This document shows positions 56,322 through 63,759 of a stretch of DNA of 63,759 nucleotides, piece after piece. Under the pieces are notes generated by a model that did no database searches, was not told the DNA's origin, and saw only the letters and a list, made by a program, of their open reading frames with translations. The translations under genes were made by a program, and so were the position numbers. Origin of the DNA: an uncultured Clostridium sp. (GTDB lineage Bacteria; Bacillota; Clostridia; TANB77; CAG-508); assembly GCA_945919455.1 (NCBI GenBank), contig CAMEJH010000005.1:1-63759 (forward strand), given 5' to 3'. Position 1 is the stretch's first letter. The number at the start of each line of letters is the position of its first letter.

Positions 56322-57023
56322 TCATTTTTGTTTTAATCTTTGTGAAAAGATACTTGTATAACTATTGTTCCCAATTACAATATGGTCTAATAATTGTATT
56401 CCTAATATTTGCGATGCTTGTTCAACTTTTTTTGTAAAATCTATATCAGCTTGACTTGGTGTTGGGTCTCCTGTAGGATGATTATGTATTAATATTATTT
56501 TTGCTGCTTCTATTTTTACTGCTTCATTTAATACAGATCTTATTGTTGCTACTACAAAATTACCACTACCTATTGCAATATCTTTAATTTTTAACAAGTC
56601 ATTTTTGTTGTTAAGCATTGCTACTTTTAATATCTCTTGTTTTTCAAATCTCATTTTTTCTATTAGTATTTCTGCTATATCTTTAGGCTTTAATATTCTT
56701 TTTTCTTTATAGTTTGTTGATGCATTCATTCTTGTTGCTATTTCGCATACTGCTTTTAATTGTATTGCTTTTACTTTGCCTATCCCTTTTATTTTCATAA
56801 ATTCTTCTACTGCTAGATCTCTCAAAAAATTTAACCCATTTTTTCTCTCGTTAGTATTAAGTTTTAATATTTTTTGTGCTAATCCTATTGCAGTTTCTTC
56901 CTTTGTACCTGTTTTTATTATTATTGCAAGTAGTTCTGCATTTGTTAATGTTTTTTCTCCATATTGTTCTAGTTTTTCATATGGTCTTTCCGTTTCTGGT
57001 AGTTCTTTCATTTTTGTTGGCAT
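56322..57023 (-). CDS. radC: RadC-like JAB-domain protein
   Basis: 233 aa. HhH (IKGIGKVKAIQL) and the JAMM motif HNHPTGDPTPSQADI. Confidence 0.85.
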   Translation of the reverse strand: MPTKMKELPETERPYEKLEQYGEKTLTNAELLAIIIKTGTKEETAIGLAQKILKLNTNERKNGLNFLRDLAVEEFMKIKGIGKVKAIQLKAVCEIATRMNASTNYKEKRILKPKDIAEILIEKMRFEKQEILKVAMLNNKNDLLKIKDIAIGSGNFVVATIRSVLNEAVKIEAAKIILIHNHPTGDPTPSQADIDFTKKVEQASQILGIQLLDHIVIGNNSYTSIFSQRLKQK

Positions 57024-57195
57024 GTATCCTCCGTTCTGGCCCCTTACGGAAATTACTATTACATCGTGCTACTATTATATATTGATTTTGTGTTTTTTTC
57101 AAGTATTATGCGAAATTTTAATTACCAAAAATTGTTCCTTTAAATATAATACTATTAGTAGTATAATATATATACAAGGTTATGGAGGTCTTTTA

Positions 57196-57759
57196 ATGAA
57201 ATTTGAAAAATTAAATGAAAGTAAAATAAAAATAATTTTTACTTCAAAAGATGTGATTTTAAATAGTATTTCTACAAACGATGTTTTTACTGATGTTTCT
57301 ATTTCTCAACAATTATTACAATATATACTGTTTAGAGCAGAAAAAGAAATTGGTTTTAAAACAGATGATTGCAAGTTATTAGTAGAGGCCTCAAAACGTT
57401 CTGAAGGAGGTTTTGTTTTTATTATTACAAAACTCTCTGAATTTGGTACTATGGATTGTTCCAATTTTATATATAAATTTGAAAATTTTGAAAATTTTTT
57501 AACCTTATGTACATATATTAAAAATATGAATTTTTCTAATTTTGAAAATACTCCTGTCAATATAACTCTTTCTTTATATAACAATGCATATTACCTTTCT
57601 ATATCTAATTATTTTCAAATGCCACTTAATTTGTTAAATGCTTTTAATGAATTTGGAGAATTCCTCATTTATTCTCCACAATTGGATGGACTTATTAGTG
57701 AATATGGAAAGATTATATTTGAAAACAATGCTATCAGTAAAGGCATAAAAATAATATAA
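57196..57759 (+). CDS. MecA-like adaptor protein (short form)
   Basis: 187 aa from ATG 57196, behind GGAGG at 57184-57188. The N-terminus MKFEKLNESKIKIIF resembles the MecA start (MEIERINE..VKF). The upstream part of the 56776 ORF is antisense to radC. Confidence 0.5.
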   Translation: MKFEKLNESKIKIIFTSKDVILNSISTNDVFTDVSISQQLLQYILFRAEKEIGFKTDDCKLLVEASKRSEGGFVFIITKLSEFGTMDCSNFIYKFENFENFLTLCTYIKNMNFSNFENTPVNITLSLYNNAYYLSISNYFQMPLNLLNAFNEFGEFLIYSPQLDGLISEYGKIIFENNAISKGIKII

Positions 57760-57786
57760 AAGAGTACATTAAAATGTACTCTTTTT
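57758..57786. terminator. Bidirectional intrinsic terminator
   Basis: AAAAGAGTACATT pairs with AATGTACTCTTTT. Confidence 0.6.
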
Positions 57787-58847
57787 TAATATACATAGTT
57801 TTGTGGGTTATACGCTACTCCATTAACTCTTACTTCCAAATGCAAATGATTTCCTGAGCTATTTCCTGTACTGCCTACAGCTGCAATTACATCTCCTTGA
57901 TTAACTTTTGTTCCAGCAGAAACATATAATTGGCTACAATGTCCATAATATGTTTCTATTCCATTTCCATGTGATATTACTATCATATATCCATATGAAC
58001 CTTTGCGTCCTGAAAATGTTACAGTTCCTGCTGCTGCTGCTTTTATTGCTGTTCCTTTTGGTGCAGCAATATCTAATCCTGTATGGTCACTTACTCTTCT
58101 AGTACTTTTTGCTCCAAATCTTGATGTTATTGTTCCTGATATTGGTCTTATTAAATTAATTCCAATAGGTACTTTTTGATATGAAATATTAGTTGAAGTA
58201 TTTACTTTTCCTGTTGATACCACTTTTTTAGGTGGAGGTGCAACTACTTTTTTTACATATAATGAAGCAACTGCTGTGTCAACTGGTGTAAAGTCTACCA
58301 ATTCTGTTTCATACAATTCTAATATTGATAATTTATCAATATTAGTACTTTCTTTTTGTTTTAGCTGTGTTACAATTTCCTCTGCTTCTGAAAAATTAGA
58401 AACATAGGCTTTCTCTTCTTCACCTTCTAATATTGCATAGTATTTATAATATACCACTCCTGATTGTTTTATTTTTTCAAATATTTCATCATCATTTGTA
58501 ACTATGTTTCTTTTTAATAAACATAATTTATATTCTGGTAAATGATCTACTTGAACAAATGCTATATTACTATCATCTCCGCCGTCTCCATCTTCTATAT
58601 ATGCATTTATTTTTGCTTGTAACTTACTTTTGTCTCCACTATATCCTACTGCTTCACCATTTATAGTAACACTGTATATTGGTTTAAAAAATAATGCTAC
58701 AGCACATATTATTAAAAATATAGAAACAGCTATAAGTATTGTAAGTTTAATTGACTTTCTTGCAAATACTAATATTTGTTTAATCATTAATTTTCTCCCT
58801 TGTACATATTTTTCTGTATTGTATATTAAATTTGTCTTTTTTAGCAA
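57786..58847 (-). CDS. M23-family metallopeptidase with N-terminal membrane anchor
   Basis: HTGLDIAAPKGT and GNSSGNHLHLEV motifs. The start could be the internal MIKQILVF. Confidence 0.85.
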   Translation of the reverse strand: MLKKTNLIYNTEKYVQGRKLMIKQILVFARKSIKLTILIAVSIFLIICAVALFFKPIYSVTINGEAVGYSGDKSKLQAKINAYIEDGDGGDDSNIAFVQVDHLPEYKLCLLKRNIVTNDDEIFEKIKQSGVVYYKYYAILEGEEEKAYVSNFSEAEEIVTQLKQKESTNIDKLSILELYETELVDFTPVDTAVASLYVKKVVAPPPKKVVSTGKVNTSTNISYQKVPIGINLIRPISGTITSRFGAKSTRRVSDHTGLDIAAPKGTAIKAAAAGTVTFSGRKGSYGYMIVISHGNGIETYYGHCSQLYVSAGTKVNQGDVIAAVGSTGNSSGNHLHLEVRVNGVAYNPQNYVY

Positions 58848-58949
58848 TTTTTCTTAAAGCCAATTTATAGTTCTTTTACTTTTTTTTTCTTTTGTTTACT
58901 CTTTTTTTTTCTTTTTTTCTATCTTTTATATTCAAATACTCAAAATGCA

Positions 58950-58979
58950 CAAAAAAAGAATCAGCAAATACTGATTCTT
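58950..58979 (-). terminator. Intrinsic terminator after the coat-protein gene pair
   Basis: AAGAATCAG (58956-58964) pairs with CTGATTCTT (58971-58979). A T-run follows on the minus strand. Confidence 0.6.
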
Positions 58980-58998
58980 AGATAATTAGAAAATTATA

Positions 58999-59247
58999 TT
59001 ATCCTTGTTGTAACTCTGTTTTAACTGTTTCAACTTCTGTTGTTGTAGCTTTTTGCGCTGGTTTATAGTATCCTTTTGCATTAGCTACCTTAAATAGTTC
59101 ATATTGAAAGCTTTCGTCATTATTTCTTATTTGTTGAAATGTTTGTCTTAATTGCATATTTTCAGATTCTGAAATAGCTGTTTGATATGCTGTTAAATCT
59201 GCTTTTACACTTCCTAATATGTCATTAACCATTGTTTTTTCATCCAT
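58999..59247 (-). CDS. CotF-family spore coat protein
   Basis: 82 aa. NDILGSVKADLTAYQTAISESENMQLRQTFQQI...GYYKPAQ matches the Coat F domain pattern. Confidence 0.65.
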   Translation of the reverse strand: MDEKTMVNDILGSVKADLTAYQTAISESENMQLRQTFQQIRNNDESFQYELFKVANAKGYYKPAQKATTTEVETVKTELQQG

Positions 59248-59263
59248 TTTTCATCTCTCCTTA

Positions 59264-59452
59264 TTAATTATTTAGAAAACCCATTAATTTTTGTTTTGTG
59301 TTTAAAGCATCTTGTGCTGATTTAGAAAACATTTGCTTTATTTGTGCATCTTGAACTTGATTTGCATATGTGTTTAATTTTTGATATGCAGTTTCATGAG
59401 CTCCTATTAAATGTCTTAAATGTTGTAACTCAACCTGTGTTAAATCTGTCAT
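59264..59452 (-). CDS. Small helical protein, coat-protein partner
   Basis: 62 aa from ATG 59452. The LTQVELQHLRHLIGAHETAYQKLNTYANQVQDAQIKQMF pattern is seen next to CotF-like genes. Confidence 0.5.
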   Translation of the reverse strand: MTDLTQVELQHLRHLIGAHETAYQKLNTYANQVQDAQIKQMFSKSAQDALNTKQKLMGFLNN

Positions 59453-59520
59453 AATAATCACCCTTTCTAAATTTTTATATTTCTATTATGTACAAATTTA
59501 TCCATTTTATACTTTAAAAT

Positions 59521-59550
59521 AAAAAAATAGAACCGGTATTAAATTACCGG
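59521..59550 (-). terminator. Intrinsic terminator of pcrA
   Basis: CCGGTA pairs with TACCGG (59533-59538 / 59545-59550). A T7 run follows on the minus strand. Confidence 0.5.
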
Positions 59551-59563
59551 CACTAAATTAAAC

Positions 59564-61879
59564 TTATATAATTTCTAAACCTGCAAATTTAGCCATTAAT
59601 CTCTTATGTCCTACTTTGTCAAAATTAATATCAACTTTCAAATCATTTCCTTCACTTTCTACATAATTAATTGTTCCTTCGCCAAATTTTTTGTGATATA
59701 CTTTTACTCCAGTTTGATATCCAGATAGATCAATTGACTGGCTATCATCTGCTTTTTTATTTAGGTTATTTAAAAAGCTTTCTGCAGTTCTAAATGAAAA
59801 ACCTGTGTTTATATTTGATGCTGCTGTTGCATATTGTGTATCTTGTAATTTATATGATTTAATGTTTCCATTATTTTTATTTCCATAGCTCCATGTATAT
59901 CCACTGTCTTCACCAAATATGTTACTTTCCTTTTTATTTACTTCTCCAATTGCTTCATCATATCCATCTAATAATTCTTTTGGAATTTCTTGTAAAAATC
60001 TTGATGGTGGATTATGTGTTGTAGCACCAAAAGTAGTACGTTGTTTGCTATTGGTTAAATATAGATTTTCTTTTGCTCTTGTTACTCCAACATAACATAA
60101 ACGCCTTTCTTCTTCTAATTCTTTTTGTTCTCCTATTGATTTATATCCAGGGAATATTCCTTCTTCCATTCCTACTAAAAATACTACTGGAAATTCTAAT
60201 CCTTTTGCACTATGTAATGTCATTAGAGTTACAGACTCTTCTGTCTCTTCCATATTGTCTAAATCACTTGATAATGTTATTCCCTCTAGAAAATTACTTA
60301 ATCCATTATCGGCTGATTCTTCTTCAAATTCTATTGCTACTGTAAGAAATTCATCTAAGTTTGCTATTCTGTTTTCAGCTTCTACTGTATTTTCATTTTC
60401 AAGAGCTTGAGTATATCCTGTATCTTTTAATATTTTTTTGATTAATTCTGATAATTTTAATTTGTCCTTTTGTGAAATTATCTCCTCCATACAGTTTATA
60501 AATTCTCTTGAATTTAAATAAACTCTATTTAGACCGTATTGTTCTGCATTTTTTATTACATCATACATTGAAATATTGTTTTGTTCTGCAACTTGTGCTA
60601 TATTATCCAAACTAGTTTTTCCAATTCCTCTTTTAGGCTCATTTATTATTCTATTTAGGCTTAAATTATCAGAAGTATTTTGTACTAACCTTAAATATGA
60701 AATAATATCTTTTATTTCTTTTCTCTCATAAAATTTTAGTCCACCAACAATTTTATATGGAATACTTTCTCTTCTTAGAATTTCTTCTATTGCTCTTGAT
60801 TGAGTATTCATTCTATATAACACAGCGAAATCGGAATATTTATAATATTCTTCTCTTCTCAAATGTTCTATTTGTTCTACAATGTATCTTCCTTCGTCAT
60901 ATTCATTATCTGCAGAAAATACTTTTGGCAAATTTCCCACATCATTTTCTGTCCATAATTTTTTATCATATTTAACTTCGTTGTTTTTTATTACTGCATT
61001 TGCAACTTTCAATATATTTCCTGTGCATCTATAATTTTGTTCTAGCTTTATTATTTTTGTTCCAGGAAAGTCTTTTTCGAAATTTAATATATTAGAAATA
61101 TCAGCCCCTCTAAAACTATATATTCCTTGGTCATTATCTCCTACAGCCGTTATATTACCATGTTTAGATGCAAGCATTGTTACTAATGTAAACTGTGACT
61201 TATTTGTGTCTTGGTATTCATCTACTAATATATATTTAAATTTGTTGGAATAATATTCCAATACATCTGGATTTTCCATTAATATTTTTATTGTATAATT
61301 TATAATATCATCAAAATCTATTGCATTATTTTCCTTTAATTTTTTTTGATATAATGCATAAACTTCAGATATTTTTTCTTTTCTAAAATCTCCATGTGAT
61401 TTTACAGAATATGAGTCTGGTTCTTGCATATCATTTTTAGCATTACTTATTTCGGCTAATACTGCTCTATCATTAAATAATTTTTCATCCATTTGCAGTT
61501 CTTTTAAACATTGTTTTACTAAAGTTTTTTGATCTGATGAGTCAAATATTATAAATGATGAATCAAATCCTATTCTGTCTATAAATTTTCTTAAAATCCT
61601 TACACATATTGAGTGGAATGTTCCAACCCACATGTCTTTTCCAACTTCTCCAACTAAGTTATTTATTCTTTCTTTCATCTCATTTGCTGCTTTATTTGTA
61701 AAAGTTATTGCCAAAATATTCCAAGGTAATACCTTTTTTTCTCCTACTAAATAAGCTATTTTATGTGTTAATACTTTTGTTTTTCCGCTTCCTGCTCCTG
61801 CTATTACTAAGCATGGGCCTTCTGTATTTATTACTGCTTCATATTGTTTGTTATTTAGTCCTTTTAATATATCTTCCAT
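59564..61879 (-). CDS. pcrA: ATP-dependent DNA helicase PcrA (UvrD family)
   Basis: AGAGSGKTKVLTHKIAYL, DEYQDTN, VGDNDQGIYSFRGA, LHSAKGLEFPVVFL and YVGVTRAK motifs. I moved the start to ATG 61879 (MEDILKGLN). Confidence 0.9.
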   Translation of the reverse strand: MEDILKGLNNKQYEAVINTEGPCLVIAGAGSGKTKVLTHKIAYLVGEKKVLPWNILAITFTNKAANEMKERINNLVGEVGKDMWVGTFHSICVRILRKFIDRIGFDSSFIIFDSSDQKTLVKQCLKELQMDEKLFNDRAVLAEISNAKNDMQEPDSYSVKSHGDFRKEKISEVYALYQKKLKENNAIDFDDIINYTIKILMENPDVLEYYSNKFKYILVDEYQDTNKSQFTLVTMLASKHGNITAVGDNDQGIYSFRGADISNILNFEKDFPGTKIIKLEQNYRCTGNILKVANAVIKNNEVKYDKKLWTENDVGNLPKVFSADNEYDEGRYIVEQIEHLRREEYYKYSDFAVLYRMNTQSRAIEEILRRESIPYKIVGGLKFYERKEIKDIISYLRLVQNTSDNLSLNRIINEPKRGIGKTSLDNIAQVAEQNNISMYDVIKNAEQYGLNRVYLNSREFINCMEEIISQKDKLKLSELIKKILKDTGYTQALENENTVEAENRIANLDEFLTVAIEFEEESADNGLSNFLEGITLSSDLDNMEETEESVTLMTLHSAKGLEFPVVFLVGMEEGIFPGYKSIGEQKELEEERRLCYVGVTRAKENLYLTNSKQRTTFGATTHNPPSRFLQEIPKELLDGYDEAIGEVNKKESNIFGEDSGYTWSYGNKNNGNIKSYKLQDTQYATAASNINTGFSFRTAESFLNNLNKKADDSQSIDLSGYQTGVKVYHKKFGEGTINYVESEGNDLKVDINFDKVGHKRLMAKFAGLEII

Positions 61880-62091
61880 TATCACTTGTCCTTTCTTTGT
61901 CAAATATATGTTTGTATTTTACTATATTTTATATTAAATTGCAATAGGTTTTATTATTTTATTCACATTTTATTCTTTTTGCATAACCGTTTATTTTACC
62001 AAAACAACCAAATAATTAAAAGGTAGTGAAAAAAATAACAATATATGTTATGATTATATTAACAACTTAGAAAAAAGGTGGAGATAGTATA

Positions 62092-62532
62092 ATGGACATA
62101 GAAATAAAAGTAGATAAAACATATAATGAGCCAAAAATTGTTATATATACAAATGAAATTGATAAAGAAATATCAAATTTAATTGATGGAATATCAAGTA
62201 TTAATCAAAAAATACTAAAAGTCTATAAAAATGAAAAAATGTATATATTAGATCAAAATGAAATTGAAACAATTTATTCACAAAATGGCAAAATATATGT
62301 TAGATGTAATAATGAAATATATACTATAAAAAATAGATTATATGAACTAGAAGTATTTTTAGATAAAAAGGTGTTTGTACGAATATCAAATTCTGAAATT
62401 GTCAATTTTAATAAAGTTGACAATATTGATTTTAAAATAATTGGAACACTAATTTTAAATTTTAAAAGTGGTAATACAGCATATGCATCAAGAAGGTATA
62501 TACCCAAAATCAAAAAATTTTTAGAAATTTAA
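62092..62532 (+). CDS. LytTR-family DNA-binding protein
   Basis: 146 aa. The pattern IYVRCNNEIYTIKNRLYELEVFL....FVRISNSEIVNFNKV is typical of the LytTR domain. Confidence 0.8.
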   Translation: MDIEIKVDKTYNEPKIVIYTNEIDKEISNLIDGISSINQKILKVYKNEKMYILDQNEIETIYSQNGKIYVRCNNEIYTIKNRLYELEVFLDKKVFVRISNSEIVNFNKVDNIDFKIIGTLILNFKSGNTAYASRRYIPKIKKFLEI

Positions 62533-62549
62533 ATAAGGAGATGATTTAT

Positions 62550-63047
62550 ATGAAAAAAGAAAATGTAATTATAAATGTTATAATAAAATCCATGATAGGT
62601 TTTCCTATAGGAATAACTTTACTCATACTAGCCTATATAAGTGTATATTTTATAGCTGGTGAAAATGTATTTATTAATGAATTTAGTCAATTACTAAATA
62701 TAAAAACATTAATTAGTCAAGTTTTATTCTCTGGAATAATTTGGTACTTAATGTTTATAAATTTTAATTCATATATAGAACAACAAAATAAAGAATTGGA
62801 AAATAAAGACTATTTAAAACATCTTTATAAAGAAGTTTTAGTTTTAATTATACAGGTTTTTATAGTAATCATCTTACTAGCTTTATCTTTAAATACAAAT
62901 ATATTCAGTAAGAATATAGAAACTATAAATCTTATTACAATAATTATAGGATATTCCTTAGCTGGATTATATCTATGTATAAATTTCACTAAAGAAAGCC
63001 ATTTAATTAAAGAAATTAATAAAAAAATAAAGGAAATAAATTCATAG
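62550..63047 (+). CDS. DUF3021-like membrane protein (LytTR partner)
   Basis: About 165 aa with 4 TM segments. It follows the LytTR gene by 17 nt. I moved the start to ATG 62550, behind AAGGAG. Confidence 0.65.
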   Translation: MKKENVIINVIIKSMIGFPIGITLLILAYISVYFIAGENVFINEFSQLLNIKTLISQVLFSGIIWYLMFINFNSYIEQQNKELENKDYLKHLYKEVLVLIIQVFIVIILLALSLNTNIFSKNIETINLITIIIGYSLAGLYLCINFTKESHLIKEINKKIKEINS

Positions 63048-63049
63048 AT

Positions 63050-63080
63050 AAAAACTCTCATTTTTATAATGAGAGTTTTT
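63050..63080. terminator. Bidirectional intrinsic terminator
   Basis: AAAAACTCTCATT pairs with AATGAGAGTTTTT. Confidence 0.6.
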
Positions 63081-63093
63081 ATTAATTAAGAAT

Positions 63094-63396
63094 TTATAAT
63101 ATAGTAACACATATTCCTATTATAAATCCCAACATATTACCTAATGATGATATTCTTCCTTTATATAATTTATTTGATTCTGGAATTAGCTCACCAGAAA
63201 CTATATACAACATAGCACCAGCAGCAAAACTTAAACATATTGCAATTATTTCTTCTGATACTTTTCCTATTATACTACCAATAAGAGCTCCTACTCCAGT
63301 CGCTAAACCTGATAGTATTACATATATCATTATTTTATATATTTTCATTCCACCATTTTTCATTGGAACTGCCATTGATATGCCTTCTGGTAGATG
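63094..63396 (-). pseudogene. ZIP-family metal transporter, C-terminal ~100 codons only
   Basis: The frame is open from 63396 and reads HLPEGISMAVPMKNGG...AAGAMLYIVSGELIPES.... The (H)xPEG motif and C-terminal TMs of ZupT/ZIP proteins are present. The N-terminal ~150 aa are missing. Confidence 0.6.
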
Positions 63397-63579
63397 TCAA
63401 AGTAGAGAGTTTTGTGTAATATTGTTTAGTTGTTTAAAATTAAAAATTATATCTACTTGTTTATCTTGGTTTATTTCTATTCTGTTGATAATTACTTTCA
63501 TAACTTCTGGAGTTGGTTCTTTCAATCCTAGAAATTCATTAACTGTCTTTTTTATATTTTTATCACATAAAATTACTAG
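63397..63579 (-). mobile_element. Remnant of the C-terminal tail of a large serine recombinase (DUF4368-like)
   Basis: 60 codons plus a TGA stop: LVILCDKNIKKTVNEFLGLKEPTPEVMKVIINRIEINQDKQVDIIFNFKQLNNITQNSLL. This resembles the ..L..LI.RIEV.....I.I.FNF recombinase tail. It is closed upstream by TAG at 63580-63582. Confidence 0.4.
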
Positions 63580-63759
63580 CTAAACACAAAAAAGATATGC
63601 AATTAATCACATAACTTTTCACATAATTGTTTTTGGGTAGCTATGCGATAGCTTTCGCTATCACACACGTACCCTATTAAGTTTAAAATGTCTTTTTGAT
63701 TTCTTCTATTTATTGAAACTACAAGCTTTTACTAGATATTAAAACTGTCTAAATTCTAG

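Noticed and set aside
56776-57195. N-terminal 140 codons of the 327-aa plus-strand ORF
   Set aside because: This part is antisense to radC and low complexity. A GGAGG-ATG at 57196 starts the MecA-like part, so only 57196-57759 is called.
63380-63583. 67-aa plus-strand ORF
   Set aside because: It is antisense to the more convincing recombinase-tail and ZIP reading frames, and has no RBS.

Overview
Very AT-rich chromosomal segment; my hand counts of 60-nt coding samples gave about 20-25% G+C. It comes from an endospore-forming Firmicute that looks Clostridia-like, based on sigH, spoIIE, CotF-type coat proteins, a PdaB-like deacetylase and radC-mreBCD-pbp2-minC. There are about 62 protein genes, roughly four fifths on the minus strand, and one tRNA-Arg(UCU). 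I found no rRNA, no CRISPR array, no intact prophage or transposon, and no defence island I can recognise. Most content is housekeeping: rpsL, trmFO, cmk, hisS, murI, rarA, ruvA, tmk, rluB/rluD, acpS, tatD, pcrA. Several items are not explained by ordinary gene content. (1) A ~550-nt ORF-free, GC-enriched region with its own promoter lies directly upstream of a small four-TM protein (18.15-19.28 kb). I read it as an OLE-class large ncRNA with an OapA-like partner. (2) An inverted-duplicated promoter cassette encloses a 50-aa hydrophobic ORF and a convergent short RNA (16.25-16.59 kb), resembling a type I toxin-antitoxin locus. (3) A four-copy family of 91-98-bp long-hairpin intergenic elements shows compensatory base changes. 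(4) An orphan ~165-nt GC-rich RNA gene with a consensus promoter sits next to tRNA-Arg. (5) A GC-richer island carries a receiver-less Spo0A DNA-binding-domain protein. (6) A ZIP transporter gene is cut at a conserved motif exactly at the stop codon of a serine-recombinase remnant. There are also two adjacent frameshifted or start-less genes and several short repeat arrays. All calls come from reading translated ORFs, motifs and base pairing by eye; no database or folding computation was possible.
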